64,000 nt of DNA from Propionibacteriales bacterium (GCA_038238065.1 JBBRYD010000001.1:17396-81395), one strand, 5' to 3'. Positions 27,385 to 41,065 are shown, counted from the stretch's first letter. Made by a program: numbers and translations. Notes: generated from the letters alone by a model not told the origin.

Positions 27385-28004
27385 CCAGCCCCTCCATCAC
27401 TGAGCTGGAACGACGGCTCCGGCCGACGGTGCCACAGTTGACCGACGAGGAGTGCAGCCAGCAACGCCCCCAGGGATCCCAGGGCGAGGTCACCCAAGGT
27501 GTCGACGTAGGCCGTAGCCAGCTCGGGTGAGGTGCGCACGAACGCCGCGTACTCCCCCAGCTCCCACAGCACGGCCGCGGTCGCCCCGAAGCCCAACCCG
27601 CACATCACCACCAGCCCACGAGAGACGCGACGGCGCGGTGCCCAAGCCCACAGTGCGCCGGCCGTCAGCAGCCCCCAGTTGAGGAAGTGCATCACGTCGT
27701 CCCACCAGGTCACGGTGTCGAACAGGTTGAGCCGGTTACCGAGCAGGTCGAGCAGCCACGGCACCGTGATCAACAGATCGGCGGTCCAGGGGTATCCCAC
27801 GTCACCGGACTCGCGCGCAGCCCGGCGGCGTCCGTACGCGAACCACCAGACCGGCACCACGATCGCACCCAGGGGGTAGACGACCAACCGTGCCGTCGAG
27901 GCCTTGCCCTTGATGCCGGAGAGGTCCGGCCAGATCACAGCGGAGACGAGCAGAACGACCAGCAGCAGCTTGCCGGCCAGATCGGCCCATCGGATCACCC
28001 GCAC
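27366..28004 (-). CDS. Hypothetical membrane protein (DUF2238/YjdF-like)
   Basis: About 6 TM segments; WWDDVMHF, WELGEY, YVDTLGDL. Confidence 0.75.
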   Translation of the reverse strand: MRVIRWADLAGKLLLVVLLVSAVIWPDLSGIKGKASTARLVVYPLGAIVVPVWWFAYGRRRAARESGDVGYPWTADLLITVPWLLDLLGNRLNLFDTVTWWDDVMHFLNWGLLTAGALWAWAPRRRVSRGLVVMCGLGFGATAAVLWELGEYAAFVRTSPELATAYVDTLGDLALGSLGALLAALLVGQLWHRRPEPSFQLSDGGAGQSLER

Positions 28005-28157
28005 GTGGTCATGGTTGCAGGGGCGCGGCCCCGATCGCGGTAACCGGCCACGAAGCCGTCCGCGCCGCACGGGCTGGGAGTTGCTACGCTGCTGGTTTTT
28101 ACTCAGATGACCTCGCTGCACCACCACGAGGCTCCATGATCAGAAGGATGTGCAGGC

Positions 28158-28955
28158 ATGGAGGTCGACGGGTCGACTCCGACTCTCAGCTCCGACGACG
28201 TCTTCGGCGCGCTGCGGCGCGCACATGACCTGCTGGTCGGGGTGGCCGGGGCGTTGACGACCGACCAGCTGACCGGATCGTCGTACGCGAAGGAGTGGAC
28301 CATCGCCGACGTCTTGTCCCACCTGGGATCAGGCGCAGAGATCTTCACCCTGTTTGTGCCGGCTGGAGCCAGCGGCGATGCTGCCCCCGAGTTCGCCAGG
28401 TTCCAGGCCATCTGGGACGTGTGGAACGCCAAGAGCCCCGAGGACCAGCTCCGTGACTCCCTGGCGTCGGACGGCTCCTTCCTGGACGCCGTAGAGGCGC
28501 TGACCCCGGGCCAGCGCGCCACCTGGCGGATGCCGTTGTTCGGGGCCGACCAGGATCTCGCCGGCCTGCTGCGGATGCGGCTCAGTGAACACACCCTGCA
28601 CACCTGGGACGTCGCCGTGGCCATCGACCCAGGAGCGACCCTGCCCGACGTCGCCGCCGCGCTGCTGCTCGACGGTCTGGATGCCGTGGTCACTCGATCG
28701 GGCCGGGCCAGCGAGCTGCCGCTGCACGTGTCGGTCCAGACGACCCGGCCGCAGAGGCGGCTCGATCTCGACGTGGACGCTGATGGCGCCCGGCTGACCC
28801 CGGTCGTGGCCGACGCCGATCCCGCCGACCTGACGCTTCCAGCTGAGGCCCTGATCCGGCTCGTCTCGGGGAGGCTCGACCCTGCTCATACGCCGCTGGT
28901 CGAGGCCGACGGTCTGGACCTCGACGCGCTGCGCAACGCCTTCCCCGGATACTGA
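28158..28955 (+). CDS. Maleylpyruvate isomerase family mycothiol-dependent enzyme
   Basis: WTIADVLSHLG, EHTLHTWDV, C-terminal LIRLVSGR. Confidence 0.88.
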   Translation: MEVDGSTPTLSSDDVFGALRRAHDLLVGVAGALTTDQLTGSSYAKEWTIADVLSHLGSGAEIFTLFVPAGASGDAAPEFARFQAIWDVWNAKSPEDQLRDSLASDGSFLDAVEALTPGQRATWRMPLFGADQDLAGLLRMRLSEHTLHTWDVAVAIDPGATLPDVAAALLLDGLDAVVTRSGRASELPLHVSVQTTRPQRRLDLDVDADGARLTPVVADADPADLTLPAEALIRLVSGRLDPAHTPLVEADGLDLDALRNAFPGY

Positions 28956-29060
28956 CCGCACGTTCGCCGTCGTGGAGTAGACCTGGACTATCGTCGAGCT
29001 GTTTCCTATAGCCGGGCCATGATCCGACGGGTCGGGCCTCGTGGTGAGGGGTGAGGGCGG

Positions 29061-30089
29061 ATGGATGTGCTGGTGGTCTGTGACACCGGCGTGGAACGGC
29101 ACGGCGTCGAGGACCTGCCCAAGCTGCTGACCAGGGAGGATGCCGTCGTCTGGGTCGACATGCCGGTCTGCGACGCGGAGGCCCAGGACACGTTGCTCAA
29201 CGTGTTCGGGTTCCATCCGATCGCCGTCAGGGACTGCGTCGAGCGCAACCACGTCTCCAAGCTGCACGTCTATCCCGATCACGTCTTCACGGTGCTGCAC
29301 GCCCCGAAGGTGGGTCAGCGCGGTCATGTGCACTACGTCGAGCTCGACCAGTTCATCGGCCAGAACTACCTGATCACGGTGCACGGACCGCTGAACGCAG
29401 TAGTTGACCCCCGGGTCGCCCATCTCGACACGGCGGGTGTGCTGCGCCGGATCGAGGAGAAGCATCTGCACATCAACTCGGCCTTCGAGCTGTCCCACTG
29501 GATCGTGTCGTCGCTCATCCGGCGGGAGTCGGATCTGGTGGCCGAGCTGGCCCGGGACTCCGGCCAGCTCGAGCAGCAGGTGATGTCCGGCGAGGATCGT
29601 GAAGATCCGGAGGCCTTCCTGGAGGAGCTGTTCCAGGCCTGGTACGTGCTGCTCGCCCTCCGCACGATGGCGACCCACAGCAGTGCCACGTACGGACGGA
29701 TGGCGCGGCTGGTGCGCTTCCTGCCCGACGCGGCACCACCCCTGTTCGCCGACATCGCCGACCAGTTCGACGTGGTGCGCACCATGGCCGACGGGCAGCG
29801 CGACTTCCTGCACGGGGTGATCGAGTTCTACCAGACCCGGACCTCGACCCACCTGACCCGGGCGGCGGAGAAGTCGGCCGCCTCGGCGGTGGTCGAGAAC
29901 GAACAGATGCGCCGGATCACGGCGTGGGTGGCGATCGTGGCGGTGCCGACCGCCGTTACGGGGTTCTTCGGCCAGAACGTGCCCTACCCCGGGTTCGGCA
30001 CCTCGGCCGGGGTGATCGCCTCGGTGGTTCTCATCGTGCTGCTCGCGAGCGCGTTGTTCGCCGCCTTCAAGCACAATAAGTGGCTCTGA
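29061..30089 (+). CDS. CorA family divalent cation transporter
   Basis: VWVD, FGFHPIAVRDC, NEQMRRIT, PTAVTGFFGQNV (GMN variant), two C-terminal TMs. Confidence 0.9.
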   Translation: MDVLVVCDTGVERHGVEDLPKLLTREDAVVWVDMPVCDAEAQDTLLNVFGFHPIAVRDCVERNHVSKLHVYPDHVFTVLHAPKVGQRGHVHYVELDQFIGQNYLITVHGPLNAVVDPRVAHLDTAGVLRRIEEKHLHINSAFELSHWIVSSLIRRESDLVAELARDSGQLEQQVMSGEDREDPEAFLEELFQAWYVLLALRTMATHSSATYGRMARLVRFLPDAAPPLFADIADQFDVVRTMADGQRDFLHGVIEFYQTRTSTHLTRAAEKSAASAVVENEQMRRITAWVAIVAVPTAVTGFFGQNVPYPGFGTSAGVIASVVLIVLLASALFAAFKHNKWL

Positions 30090-30204
30090 CCTGCGGCGCT
30101 GACGCACCTGGCACGGCCGGGTGGGGCCAACCCCTCCCCGAATCGGTTCAGTACGCTCCTCCCACGGCATCTGCCGTGGTCGCACACAGTCAGGAAGTCC
30201 CGAC

Positions 30205-30810
<606 letters not shown>

Positions 30811-30812
30811 GG

Positions 30813-31526
30813 GTGGACGCCCCCGTCGGGGCCTGGCGCCGGGCGATCGTCCGCGAGATCACGCACCCGAACCCCCGGGCCGTGGTGCTGCGGATGGACG
30901 TGCCGGACCGGATCGATCACCTGCCCGGACAGCACTATGTGGTGCGGTTGACCGCCGAGGACGGTTACGTGGCGCAGCGGTCGTACTCGCTGTCGTCGGC
31001 ACCGTCCGATCCGTCGATCGAGATGTACGTCGAACGACTGGAGGACGGCGAGGTCTCCGGGTTCCTGGCCGACGTTGCCGCGCCGGGTGACGAGCTGGAG
31101 GTGCGCGGACCCATCGGCGGCTGGTTCGTCTGGGACGGCACCAGCCGAGCGGTGGGGATCGGCGGCGGCACCGGGGTGGCGCCGCTGGTCGCCATGCTCC
31201 GCTACGCCCGCCACATCGGGGCCAAGCACCTGATCAGGGTGGTGGCGTCGGCCCGGACGCTGGCCGAGCTCCCCTACGCCGACGAGCTGATGGACGCCGG
31301 AGCGATCGTCGCCCTCAGCCGGGACGAGCTGGTGGGGCGCGAGGGGAGAGCGGGTCGAGCGGCCGGTCGGCTGGCCGCCGCCGAGCTCGCCCCGGTGATC
31401 ACCGACGACGCGACCTACTACCTCTGCGGTTCGACCGGATTCACCGAGGCAGCCAGTCAGCTGCTGATGGACCTGCAGGTGCCGACCGAGGTCATCCGGG
31501 TGGAGCGGTTCGGCCCGAGCTCCTGA
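30813..31526 (+). CDS. FAD/NAD(P)-binding ferredoxin reductase-like protein
   Basis: PGQH, RSYSLSS, GPIG, GGGTGVAP, LCGS, ERFG. Confidence 0.9.
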   Translation: MDAPVGAWRRAIVREITHPNPRAVVLRMDVPDRIDHLPGQHYVVRLTAEDGYVAQRSYSLSSAPSDPSIEMYVERLEDGEVSGFLADVAAPGDELEVRGPIGGWFVWDGTSRAVGIGGGTGVAPLVAMLRYARHIGAKHLIRVVASARTLAELPYADELMDAGAIVALSRDELVGREGRAGRAAGRLAAAELAPVITDDATYYLCGSTGFTEAASQLLMDLQVPTEVIRVERFGPSS

Positions 31527-31571
31527 GCCGGACCGCCCGCCCCGTACGGGCAAGACGTGAACGGACCCGGG

Positions 31572-31750
31572 TCAGCGGACCTTGCGCGGAGTCGGCAGAG
31601 ACAGTGCCGACGCAATCGTGAAGTGCAGGTCGGTCTGGTCGGTCAGACCGACCACGTTCGCCGCCTTGGGACCGTAACCGGCGATCCGGACCTGCGTGCC
31701 GGCATGCTCTTGCGAACCGCCCGCAGGCGCGGTGCCTAGGTGACGGCCGA
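31572..31750 (-). pseudogene. phoA: Alkaline phosphatase (PhoA) C-terminal remnant
   Basis: [45 protein letters not shown] closely resembles the PhoA C-terminus ([30 protein letters not shown]); rest of the gene absent. Confidence 0.85.
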
Positions 31751-33712
31751 TCAACCGCGGGCCAACAGTTCCCCGTGACCCAGCACCTCGGCCACCGTGA
31801 CCGCTGCGGCCGCCGACCACGCCTGGGGTCGACACGAGGCCGGATACGGCACGCCGGTCGTCCCCTCACCGGACCACAGCTCGGGCAGTCGGCCGTCGAA
31901 GACCAGCGACGCCTGCAGCAGCCCCTCGACCAGGCCGGCCGCCTCGGACAGCAGACCGGCCCGGTTCAGACCGGCCAGCACGATGGCGGTGTCGTGCGGC
32001 CAGACGGAGCCGCAGTGATAGCTGAGGGGCCAGTAGCCGCCGGCGTCGCAGGACATGGTCCGCAGACCCAGACCGGAGTCCATGTCGGGGGCGGCCAGCC
32101 GACGGGCGACCAGCCGCTCCTCCTCGGCGTCGAGGATGCCGGTGCCCAGCAGGTGCCCCATGTTGCTGGTGACCGAGTCCACCCTGCGCTTGGCCCCGTC
32201 GAGGGCGAGGGCCGGGTAGCGGTCCGGACCAGAGCCGCACCAGAACGACGTCCGGAAGCGCTCGGCCAGCTCGGCCGCCCAGCGGCGGTGCCGATCGACG
32301 CCGGGGAGTCCGAAGGCCTCCAGCAGGTCGGCGCCCACCCGGGCCGCTTCGTAGGCGTAACCCTGCACCTCGACCAGGGCGACCGCTCCGGTGGCGATGC
32401 TGCCGTCGGCAAACCGGATCGAGTCGCCGGAGTCCTTCCACCCCTGGTTGGCCAGCCCGTGCCCGGACTCGTCGATGTATTCCACGAAACCGTCACCGTC
32501 GGCATCGGCGTACTCACTCAACCAGCCGAGGGCCGCCTGCAGCGCAGGCAGTAAGGCGCGAACCTCGTCCTCGGGCAGTCCGGCGCGCCACGCATCATGC
32601 AGCAGGCAGACCCAGAGCAACGTTGCGTCGACGGTGCCGAAATAGACGGGCGGCAGGGACGACTGACCGAACGAGAACTGCCCGCGCCGCAGCTCGTGCA
32701 GGATCTTGCCGGGCTGCTCGGCGGAGTCGACGTCGACGGCCACGCCTTGCCGGGCGGCGAGCGTCCGTAACGTCGATCCTGCGTGGTTGACGTCGACCGG
32801 TAGCAACAACCGGGCCGCCCAGAGGCTGTCTCGCCCGAACAGGGTGAGGTACCAGGGTGATCCGGCCGCGAAGAACGCGTCGTGCGGAGCGTCGGGCGTC
32901 GCCATCCGCAACGCGTTGAGGTCGGTCAGTGAGCGCTGGAGCCAGGGGGCCAACCGTGCGTCGGCGGCCCCTCCGGTCGGGAACGGGACAGGAAGCATCG
33001 ACTCGACCAGCTCAGCCACGGCCAGCGGCCGGCCCTGGGCCGCGACCACGGCAGCACCGCGGTCGACCAGCTCCAGTGCCCACTCCACCGCAGCCTGCCC
33101 GAGCGCCGGCACCGGGACCGACCAACCCAGCTCGATCCGGGTCTGCTCGTCACGCTGCTCCACCTCGGCGTGGGGCGCGATCAGCCGAAGCTGCAGATCG
33201 GTGGCCGACCAGGACCAGGTGTCACCGTCACGGCTGAGGTCGAGCGGTTGCGGCTCCGCCGTCAGTCCCCACTTGATCGACTCGATCGACGCGTAGTCTG
33301 CGCGCAGCGCCAGCGTGACCGAGAGCTGCAGTGGCACGTCCAGGGTCGAGCTGAACGTCAGCGTCTCCGCCACCCGGCCGGGCGTCACGACCCGGCGGCG
33401 GTCCAGCCTGAGCTGAGGGTCGGCCCCGACCTCCACCTCCACCGGCAGCGCGCGGATCAGGCTGACGAAGGTGGTGCCGTCGGTGTGGTCTGACGGATCG
33501 CCGGCGTCGGTGGTGGCGATATGGACCGGTGACTGCCCGTTCACGCTGATGACCGCTTCGCTCAGCACTCGTACGTCGGCGTGGATCACGCCCTGAGCCG
33601 AGGAGACGTGCTGGCTGGACGTCACGTCGCCGTTGGGGCCCGAGAGCACCTGCGTCGGAGCCGCCAGAGTCGTGACCAGCTCGTGCAGGAACGGTTGCTG
33701 ATGATTGGGCAT
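31751..33712 (-). CDS. Glycogen debranching / amylo-alpha-1,6-glucosidase family protein
   Basis: [53 protein letters not shown]. Confidence 0.92.
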   Translation of the reverse strand: MPNHQQPFLHELVTTLAAPTQVLSGPNGDVTSSQHVSSAQGVIHADVRVLSEAVISVNGQSPVHIATTDAGDPSDHTDGTTFVSLIRALPVEVEVGADPQLRLDRRRVVTPGRVAETLTFSSTLDVPLQLSVTLALRADYASIESIKWGLTAEPQPLDLSRDGDTWSWSATDLQLRLIAPHAEVEQRDEQTRIELGWSVPVPALGQAAVEWALELVDRGAAVVAAQGRPLAVAELVESMLPVPFPTGGAADARLAPWLQRSLTDLNALRMATPDAPHDAFFAAGSPWYLTLFGRDSLWAARLLLPVDVNHAGSTLRTLAARQGVAVDVDSAEQPGKILHELRRGQFSFGQSSLPPVYFGTVDATLLWVCLLHDAWRAGLPEDEVRALLPALQAALGWLSEYADADGDGFVEYIDESGHGLANQGWKDSGDSIRFADGSIATGAVALVEVQGYAYEAARVGADLLEAFGLPGVDRHRRWAAELAERFRTSFWCGSGPDRYPALALDGAKRRVDSVTSNMGHLLGTGILDAEEERLVARRLAAPDMDSGLGLRTMSCDAGGYWPLSYHCGSVWPHDTAIVLAGLNRAGLLSEAAGLVEGLLQASLVFDGRLPELWSGEGTTGVPYPASCRPQAWSAAAAVTVAEVLGHGELLARG

Positions 33713-33845
33713 GACGGCTCATGGTACGAGGACGGCACGCGGACGAGCCCGCGCCCCGTACGCGCGGCTGGGCATCGCTGGGTGGCCGGTGACGGTCGCG
33801 GCGTGTCGAACACCTCCGGCGGCCGCCGGGGCGCAGACTGGTCCC

Positions 33846-33923
33846 GAGGCCTTCCACCTTGTTGAGAGCGGGTGCCACGAGCATCCAGCAGCCCTGCCGG
33901 ACTCGACCGCCGGCAGGGTTTCT
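33846..33923 (+). ncRNA. Candidate small RNA
   Basis: CAGACT -10 at 33834-33839; 9-bp terminator stem CCCTGCCGG/CCGGCAGGG followed by TTTCT; no ORF inside. Confidence 0.45.
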
Positions 33924-34002
33924 CACGCCGAGCACCGCTGTCTCGGTCATCCCACGCACCGCGGCCTGCCCGCGTCGACCGCCGAACCGGCAGACTGAGC
34001 GT

Positions 34003-35385
<1,383 letters not shown>

Positions 35386-35401
35386 CCGAGTGGGCACGAA
35401 A

Positions 35402-35462
35402 CCGGCACGGTTGCCGGCGTGTCGCGAAAGCGCCCGGGGCGACACGCCGACAGGAGTGCCGG
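35402..35462. repeat. Intergenic inverted repeat downstream of sdaA
   Basis: CGGCGTGTCGC 35415-35425 / GCGACACGCCG 35439-35449, with outer CCGGCAC/GTGCCGG. Confidence 0.7.
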
Positions 35463-35536
35463 AAAACTGACCAGTCGGCGAAGAGGGGGGTCAGTCCTGG
35501 TGTGATCGGACGGTCGTCCTCCGACAGACTGTGGCC

Positions 35537-36331
35537 ATGCTGCGCACTGTCACGTCCTCTCTCGACCTCACCCTCTCCGGTCCGGTCAAGCTGGTCTTCA
35601 GCATCGCGGTCGCCGACGGAGCGCCGATCCAGAGCGAGGAGCTGTCGGTCGTGCTGGACGGCCGCGTCGTCGAGGCCGATGAGCTGGTGGACGCCCACGG
35701 CAGCCGGCTGCACGTCGTCCAGGCCACAGGCAACCTGCTGACCGTGCACTACCGCGCTGTGGTGGACGGCCAGTTCGCCCCCGCTCCGGTGGACCAGCTC
35801 GACCTGATCGAATACCTCCGGCCCAGCCGCTACTGCGAGTCCGACTCGCTGGCTCCGACCGCCGCCAGGGAGTTCTCCGGGCTGCAGGACCAAGTCTTGC
35901 TGGCCGCGGTGACCGACTGGGTCTCCGATATCTTGACCTACGTCCCCGGCTCCAGCCTGCCCACCGACGGCGCGGTCCGCACCTTCCTCGCGCGTCAAGG
36001 GGTCTGCCGTGACTACGCCCACCTGTGCATCGCCCTGCTCCGCGCGCTGAACGTCCCGGCCCGGTTGGCTGCGGTCTTCGCCCCCGGGCTGAGCCCGATG
36101 GAGTACCACGCTGTCTGCGAGGCCTACGTCGACGGCGGCTGGTACACCGTCGACCCCACCCGGCTGGCGCCGCGGCAGAGCCTGCTGCGGGTGTCCACGG
36201 GGAGAGACGCGGCCGACACCGCGTTCCTCAGCAGCTTCGGAGCTAACGTGCAGCTCAGCGGGCTCGAGGTCAGCGCCGTGGTGGACGACTTCCCCCTCGA
36301 CGACGGCAGCCAGCCCCTCGCCCTGCTCTGA
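35537..36331 (+). CDS. Transglutaminase-like family protein
   Basis: YLRPSRYCESD, GVCRDYAH, YHAVCE, VDPT, TGRDAAD. Confidence 0.92.
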   Translation: MLRTVTSSLDLTLSGPVKLVFSIAVADGAPIQSEELSVVLDGRVVEADELVDAHGSRLHVVQATGNLLTVHYRAVVDGQFAPAPVDQLDLIEYLRPSRYCESDSLAPTAAREFSGLQDQVLLAAVTDWVSDILTYVPGSSLPTDGAVRTFLARQGVCRDYAHLCIALLRALNVPARLAAVFAPGLSPMEYHAVCEAYVDGGWYTVDPTRLAPRQSLLRVSTGRDAADTAFLSSFGANVQLSGLEVSAVVDDFPLDDGSQPLALL

Positions 36332-36404
36332 GCTGGGCTCGTCTCACGGTCGGCGCGGCTTACTTGCTCGTGTCACCTCGGCAGGACATACTGGCCACAC
36401 TTAC

Positions 36405-36451
36405 CACTACGGATCGTCGGGCACGTACCTGCCCGTGGAAGGAAGTGTGGC

Positions 36452-36454
<3 letters not shown>
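36405..36454 (+). promoter_or_regulatory. msiK RNA motif (cis-regulatory leader)
   Basis: CACTACGGATCGTCGGGCACGTACCTGCCCGTGGAAGGA directly before msiK matches the actinobacterial msiK motif as recalled; CATACT -10 upstream. Confidence 0.8.
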
Positions 36455-37549
<1,095 letters not shown>

Positions 37550-37566
37550 GCAGCACCTGATCGAAC

Positions 37567-37599
37567 CCGAAGGCCCTCGCACGTCGCGGGGGCCTTCGG
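37567..37599 (+). terminator. Hairpin terminator after msiK
   Basis: CCGAAGGCCCTCGC-loop-GCGGGGGCCTTCGG. Confidence 0.7.
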
Positions 37600-37680
37600 T
37601 CTGCCCGGGCCAGGTCTGCCAGGGCGTCATTCGCCGGGCGGCGCGTGGGACGCTTCGGTGATCCCTGACAAGATGGGTCA

Positions 37681-39066
37681 GTGCCCCGGTTTCTCTCCGC
37701 CAACACCAACAGCCGTCTGATCACCCTGCCGTGGGAGACGCCGCTGGAGTACTGGGCCAAGGACCATCTGGTCGCGTTGCCGCGAGGAATCTCTCGCCAT
37801 GTCGTCCGTTTCGTCCGGGTGGGCACCGAGATCTACGCCATGAAGGAAGTGCTGGAGCATCTCGCTCTGCACGAGTACCGCCTGCTGCGTGACCTGACCC
37901 GGCTGGACACCCCCTCGGTCGAGGCGGTCGGGGTGGTGACCAACCGGGTGGACATCGACGGCGAACCGCTCGACCCGGTCCTGATCACCCAGCATCTGTC
38001 CTTCTCGCTGCCCTACCGCTCGCTCTTCTCCCGCGGCGTCCGACAGGACACGGTCAACCGGCTGGTCGACGCCATGGTCGTGCTGCTGGCCCGGCTGCAC
38101 CTGATCGGCTTCCTCTGGGGCGACGTCTCGTTGTCCAACACCCTCTTCCGCCGCGACGCCGGCGCCTTCGCGGCCTACCTGGTGGACGCCGAGACCGGCG
38201 AGCTGCATGACGAGCTGACCGCCGGTCAGCGTGAGCACGACCTGCAGATCGCCAGGACCAACCTCTTCGGGGAGTTCCTCGACCTCGAGGCGGGCGGCCT
38301 GCTGGACGAGGCGCTGGACCCGTTGATCCTGGTGGAGACGATCGAGGCACGCTACCGGGAGCTGTGGGCCGAGCTGACCGGCGTCGAGGAGTTCGACGGT
38401 ACCGAGATGCACCGGATCGAGAGTCGGGTGCGCAGGCTCAACGCGCTGGGCTTCGACGTGGCCGAGCTGGACATCACCACCGACTTCGCCGGCTCGACCA
38501 TCCGCATCCAACCCAAGGTCGTGGACGCCGGGCACCACTCCCGACGGTTGATCCGCCTCACCGGTCTCGATACCGAGGAGAACCAGGCTCGGCGGCTGCT
38601 CAACGACCTCGACTCGTTTCGCGCCCGGACGGACCAGCAGGGGGCCAACGAGTCGATCGTGGCTCACCAGTGGCTGACCGAGCGCTTCGAGCCGGTGCTG
38701 GCCACGGTGCCCAACGAGATGCGAGGCAAGCTGGAGCCCGCTGAGGTCTACCACGAGGTGCTCGAGCACCGCTGGTTCATGTCGGAGAAGGCCGGCGCGG
38801 AGGTGCCCATCCACGTAGCGGCCAAGGGATACGTGAACAGCATCCTGAGCGAGCTGCCCGACGAGGCCGTGTCGATGGCCGAGGACGGTACCGGTGTGCT
38901 GGCTAACCCGTACGACCCGTCACAGGGTTACGCCGACGACTCCGCCGACAAGCCCTACGACCCGTGGGAGGACGGCGACGACGCCCCCGACGACGAGGAG
39001 GAGGAGCCGAGCTCCGGCGGTTATCTCGACATCGCGGCGTTGCGAGCCCGGACCCCCAAGGGCTGA
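37681..39066 (+). CDS. DUF4032 domain kinase-like protein
   Basis: LPRGISRHVVRF, WGDVSLSNTLFRRDAG, YHEVLEHRWFMSE; usual neighbour of msiK. Confidence 0.9.
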   Translation: MPRFLSANTNSRLITLPWETPLEYWAKDHLVALPRGISRHVVRFVRVGTEIYAMKEVLEHLALHEYRLLRDLTRLDTPSVEAVGVVTNRVDIDGEPLDPVLITQHLSFSLPYRSLFSRGVRQDTVNRLVDAMVVLLARLHLIGFLWGDVSLSNTLFRRDAGAFAAYLVDAETGELHDELTAGQREHDLQIARTNLFGEFLDLEAGGLLDEALDPLILVETIEARYRELWAELTGVEEFDGTEMHRIESRVRRLNALGFDVAELDITTDFAGSTIRIQPKVVDAGHHSRRLIRLTGLDTEENQARRLLNDLDSFRARTDQQGANESIVAHQWLTERFEPVLATVPNEMRGKLEPAEVYHEVLEHRWFMSEKAGAEVPIHVAAKGYVNSILSELPDEAVSMAEDGTGVLANPYDPSQGYADDSADKPYDPWEDGDDAPDDEEEEPSSGGYLDIAALRARTPKG

Positions 39067-39070
39067 GGTC

Positions 39071-39835
39071 TCAGCGCGGCGGCATCCGCAGGGCGCCGTC
39101 CAGCCGGATGACCTCACCGTTGAGCAGCGGGTTGGCGATGACCGCCTCGACCAGCATCGCGTACTCGCTGGGACGGCCGAGCCGGGACGGGTGCGGGACC
39201 AACGCCTCGAGCGTCAACTTCGTCTCCCCGGGCAGCCCAGACATCATCGGCGTCTCCATCACCCCGGGGGCGATGGTCATCACCCGGATGGCCCGGTCGG
39301 CGAGGTCCCGGGCGGACGTGATCGTCAGGGCGGCGACCCCTCCCTTGCTGGCGGCGTAGGCAGCCTGCCCGATCTGGCCGTCGAAGGCAGCCACACTCGC
39401 CGTCATCACCACCAGCCCACGGTCCCCGTCCAGCAGATCGTTGGCGGTCATCGCCTCAGCGGCCAGCCGCAGGACGTTGAAGGTACCGATCAGGTTGATC
39501 TCCACCACGGTGCGGAAGCTCTCCAGCGCCAACACGCCCCGACGCCCGAGAATGCGGCCGGGAGTGGCGACCCCGGCACAGCTGACCGCCACCCGGAGCG
39601 CACCCAGGCCGACCGCGAGGTCGACGGCGGCAGCCACCTGCGCCTCGTCGCGGACATCAGCCGCGGCGAAGCGCACACCGTCGCCCAGCTCGGTCGCCAG
39701 CTCCGCACCCCGGGACGAGGGCAGGTCCACGATCACCACCCGGACACCGGTCGCCACCACGGCCCGCACGGTGGCCTCACCGAGGCCCGACGCGCCGCCG
39801 GTCACCAGCACGACGTCTCGTCCGGAGAGCTTCAT
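39071..39835 (-). CDS. SDR oxidoreductase (HSD10-like 3-hydroxyacyl-CoA dehydrogenase)
   Basis: TGGASGLG, DGQIGQAAYAASKGG, NGEVIRLDGALRM. Confidence 0.92.
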   Translation of the reverse strand: MKLSGRDVVLVTGGASGLGEATVRAVVATGVRVVIVDLPSSRGAELATELGDGVRFAAADVRDEAQVAAAVDLAVGLGALRVAVSCAGVATPGRILGRRGVLALESFRTVVEINLIGTFNVLRLAAEAMTANDLLDGDRGLVVMTASVAAFDGQIGQAAYAASKGGVAALTITSARDLADRAIRVMTIAPGVMETPMMSGLPGETKLTLEALVPHPSRLGRPSEYAMLVEAVIANPLLNGEVIRLDGALRMPPR

Positions 39836-39848
39836 CGCAGCCTCGCCG

Positions 39849-40985
39849 TCAGCCCAGCAGCTGTCGGGCGATGACCAGTCGCTGGATCTGGTTGGTGCCC
39901 TCGAAGATCTGCGTCACCTTGGCCTCCCGCAGATAGCGCTCGGCCGGGTAGCGGTCCGTGTATCCGTCCTCGCCCAGCACCTGCACCGCGTTCGAGGTGA
40001 CCTGCACGGCCGCGTCCGTGGCCACCATCTTCGCCACCGCCGCGTCGCGGGTGAACGGGCGCCCGGCGTCGCGCTTGCGCCCCGCCATCAGATACGTCGC
40101 CCGAGCGGTGTCCACCCGGGCCGCCATCTCGGCCAGCAGGAACTGGATGCCTTGGTCGTCGGCGGACCGCCGGCCACCGATCAGCGTCCGGGCGTACGCC
40201 ACCGCACAGTCCAGCGCAGCCTGGGCGAGACCCGTGGCGCAGGCCGCGATGCCCAGCCGGCCCGAGTCCAGCGCCGACAGCGCGATGCGCATGCCCTGGC
40301 CGTCGTCTCCGATCCGTCGGTCCTCACTCACCGGCACAGCGTCCAGATACATCGCCGCCGTGGTCGACGCGGTCAGTCCCATCTTGCGTTCCGGGGCTCC
40401 GAAGGTCAGGCCCGGGCTGCCCGCGGGCACCAGGAAGCAGCTGATCCCCCGGGACCGGTCGCTGCTGGTCCTGGCGAAGACGGTGTAGAAGTCGGCGTGC
40501 GAGCCGTGGGTGATCCAGCTCTTGGCCCCGACCAGGGAGTAGCCGTCGTCGGTCGGCTTCGCCCGGCTGGTCATCGCCGTGATGTCGGAACCGGCGGCCG
40601 CTTCCGACAGCGCGTACCCGCCGAGCTGGTCCCCGCTGATCATCGGCGGCAGCAGGTCGCTGATCTGGCCCGGCCGACCCCAGGTGGCCAGGGGGTGACA
40701 GCTCATGGTGTGCACCGACAGACCGACCCCGACCGTCATCCAGGCCGACGCGATCTCCTCCAGAGCCTGCAGGTACACCTCGTACGGCTGGCCTCCGCCA
40801 CCGAGCGCCACCGGATACGGCAGGCCGAGCAGTCCCGCGTCGCCGAGGAGCGTGAAGATGTCTCGGGGGAACGTACCGGTCGCCTCCGCGGCCGCGGCTC
40901 GCGGGCCCAGGTCGTCCTGCGCGAGATCGCGGACCCGGGCCACGAGACCGGCGGCGGCGGGCGGCAGCATCCGGTCGACGGTCAT
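39849..40985 (-). CDS. Acyl-CoA dehydrogenase
   Basis: YALSEAAAGSD, GAKSWIT, ERKMG, QIFEGTNQIQR. Confidence 0.93.
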   Translation of the reverse strand: MTVDRMLPPAAAGLVARVRDLAQDDLGPRAAAAEATGTFPRDIFTLLGDAGLLGLPYPVALGGGGQPYEVYLQALEEIASAWMTVGVGLSVHTMSCHPLATWGRPGQISDLLPPMISGDQLGGYALSEAAAGSDITAMTSRAKPTDDGYSLVGAKSWITHGSHADFYTVFARTSSDRSRGISCFLVPAGSPGLTFGAPERKMGLTASTTAAMYLDAVPVSEDRRIGDDGQGMRIALSALDSGRLGIAACATGLAQAALDCAVAYARTLIGGRRSADDQGIQFLLAEMAARVDTARATYLMAGRKRDAGRPFTRDAAVAKMVATDAAVQVTSNAVQVLGEDGYTDRYPAERYLREAKVTQIFEGTNQIQRLVIARQLLG

Positions 40986-41065
40986 CGTCCTCGCTTCCCC
41001 GAAACCTGCGTGACCCAGCCCGGGCGCATCACGACACCCGGTACTGGCAAGAGTACGCTCGTACC

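Noticed and set aside
33713-34002. Glycine riboswitch upstream of sdaA
   Set aside because: GGAGA / CCGAAG / CTCTCAGG consensus elements absent
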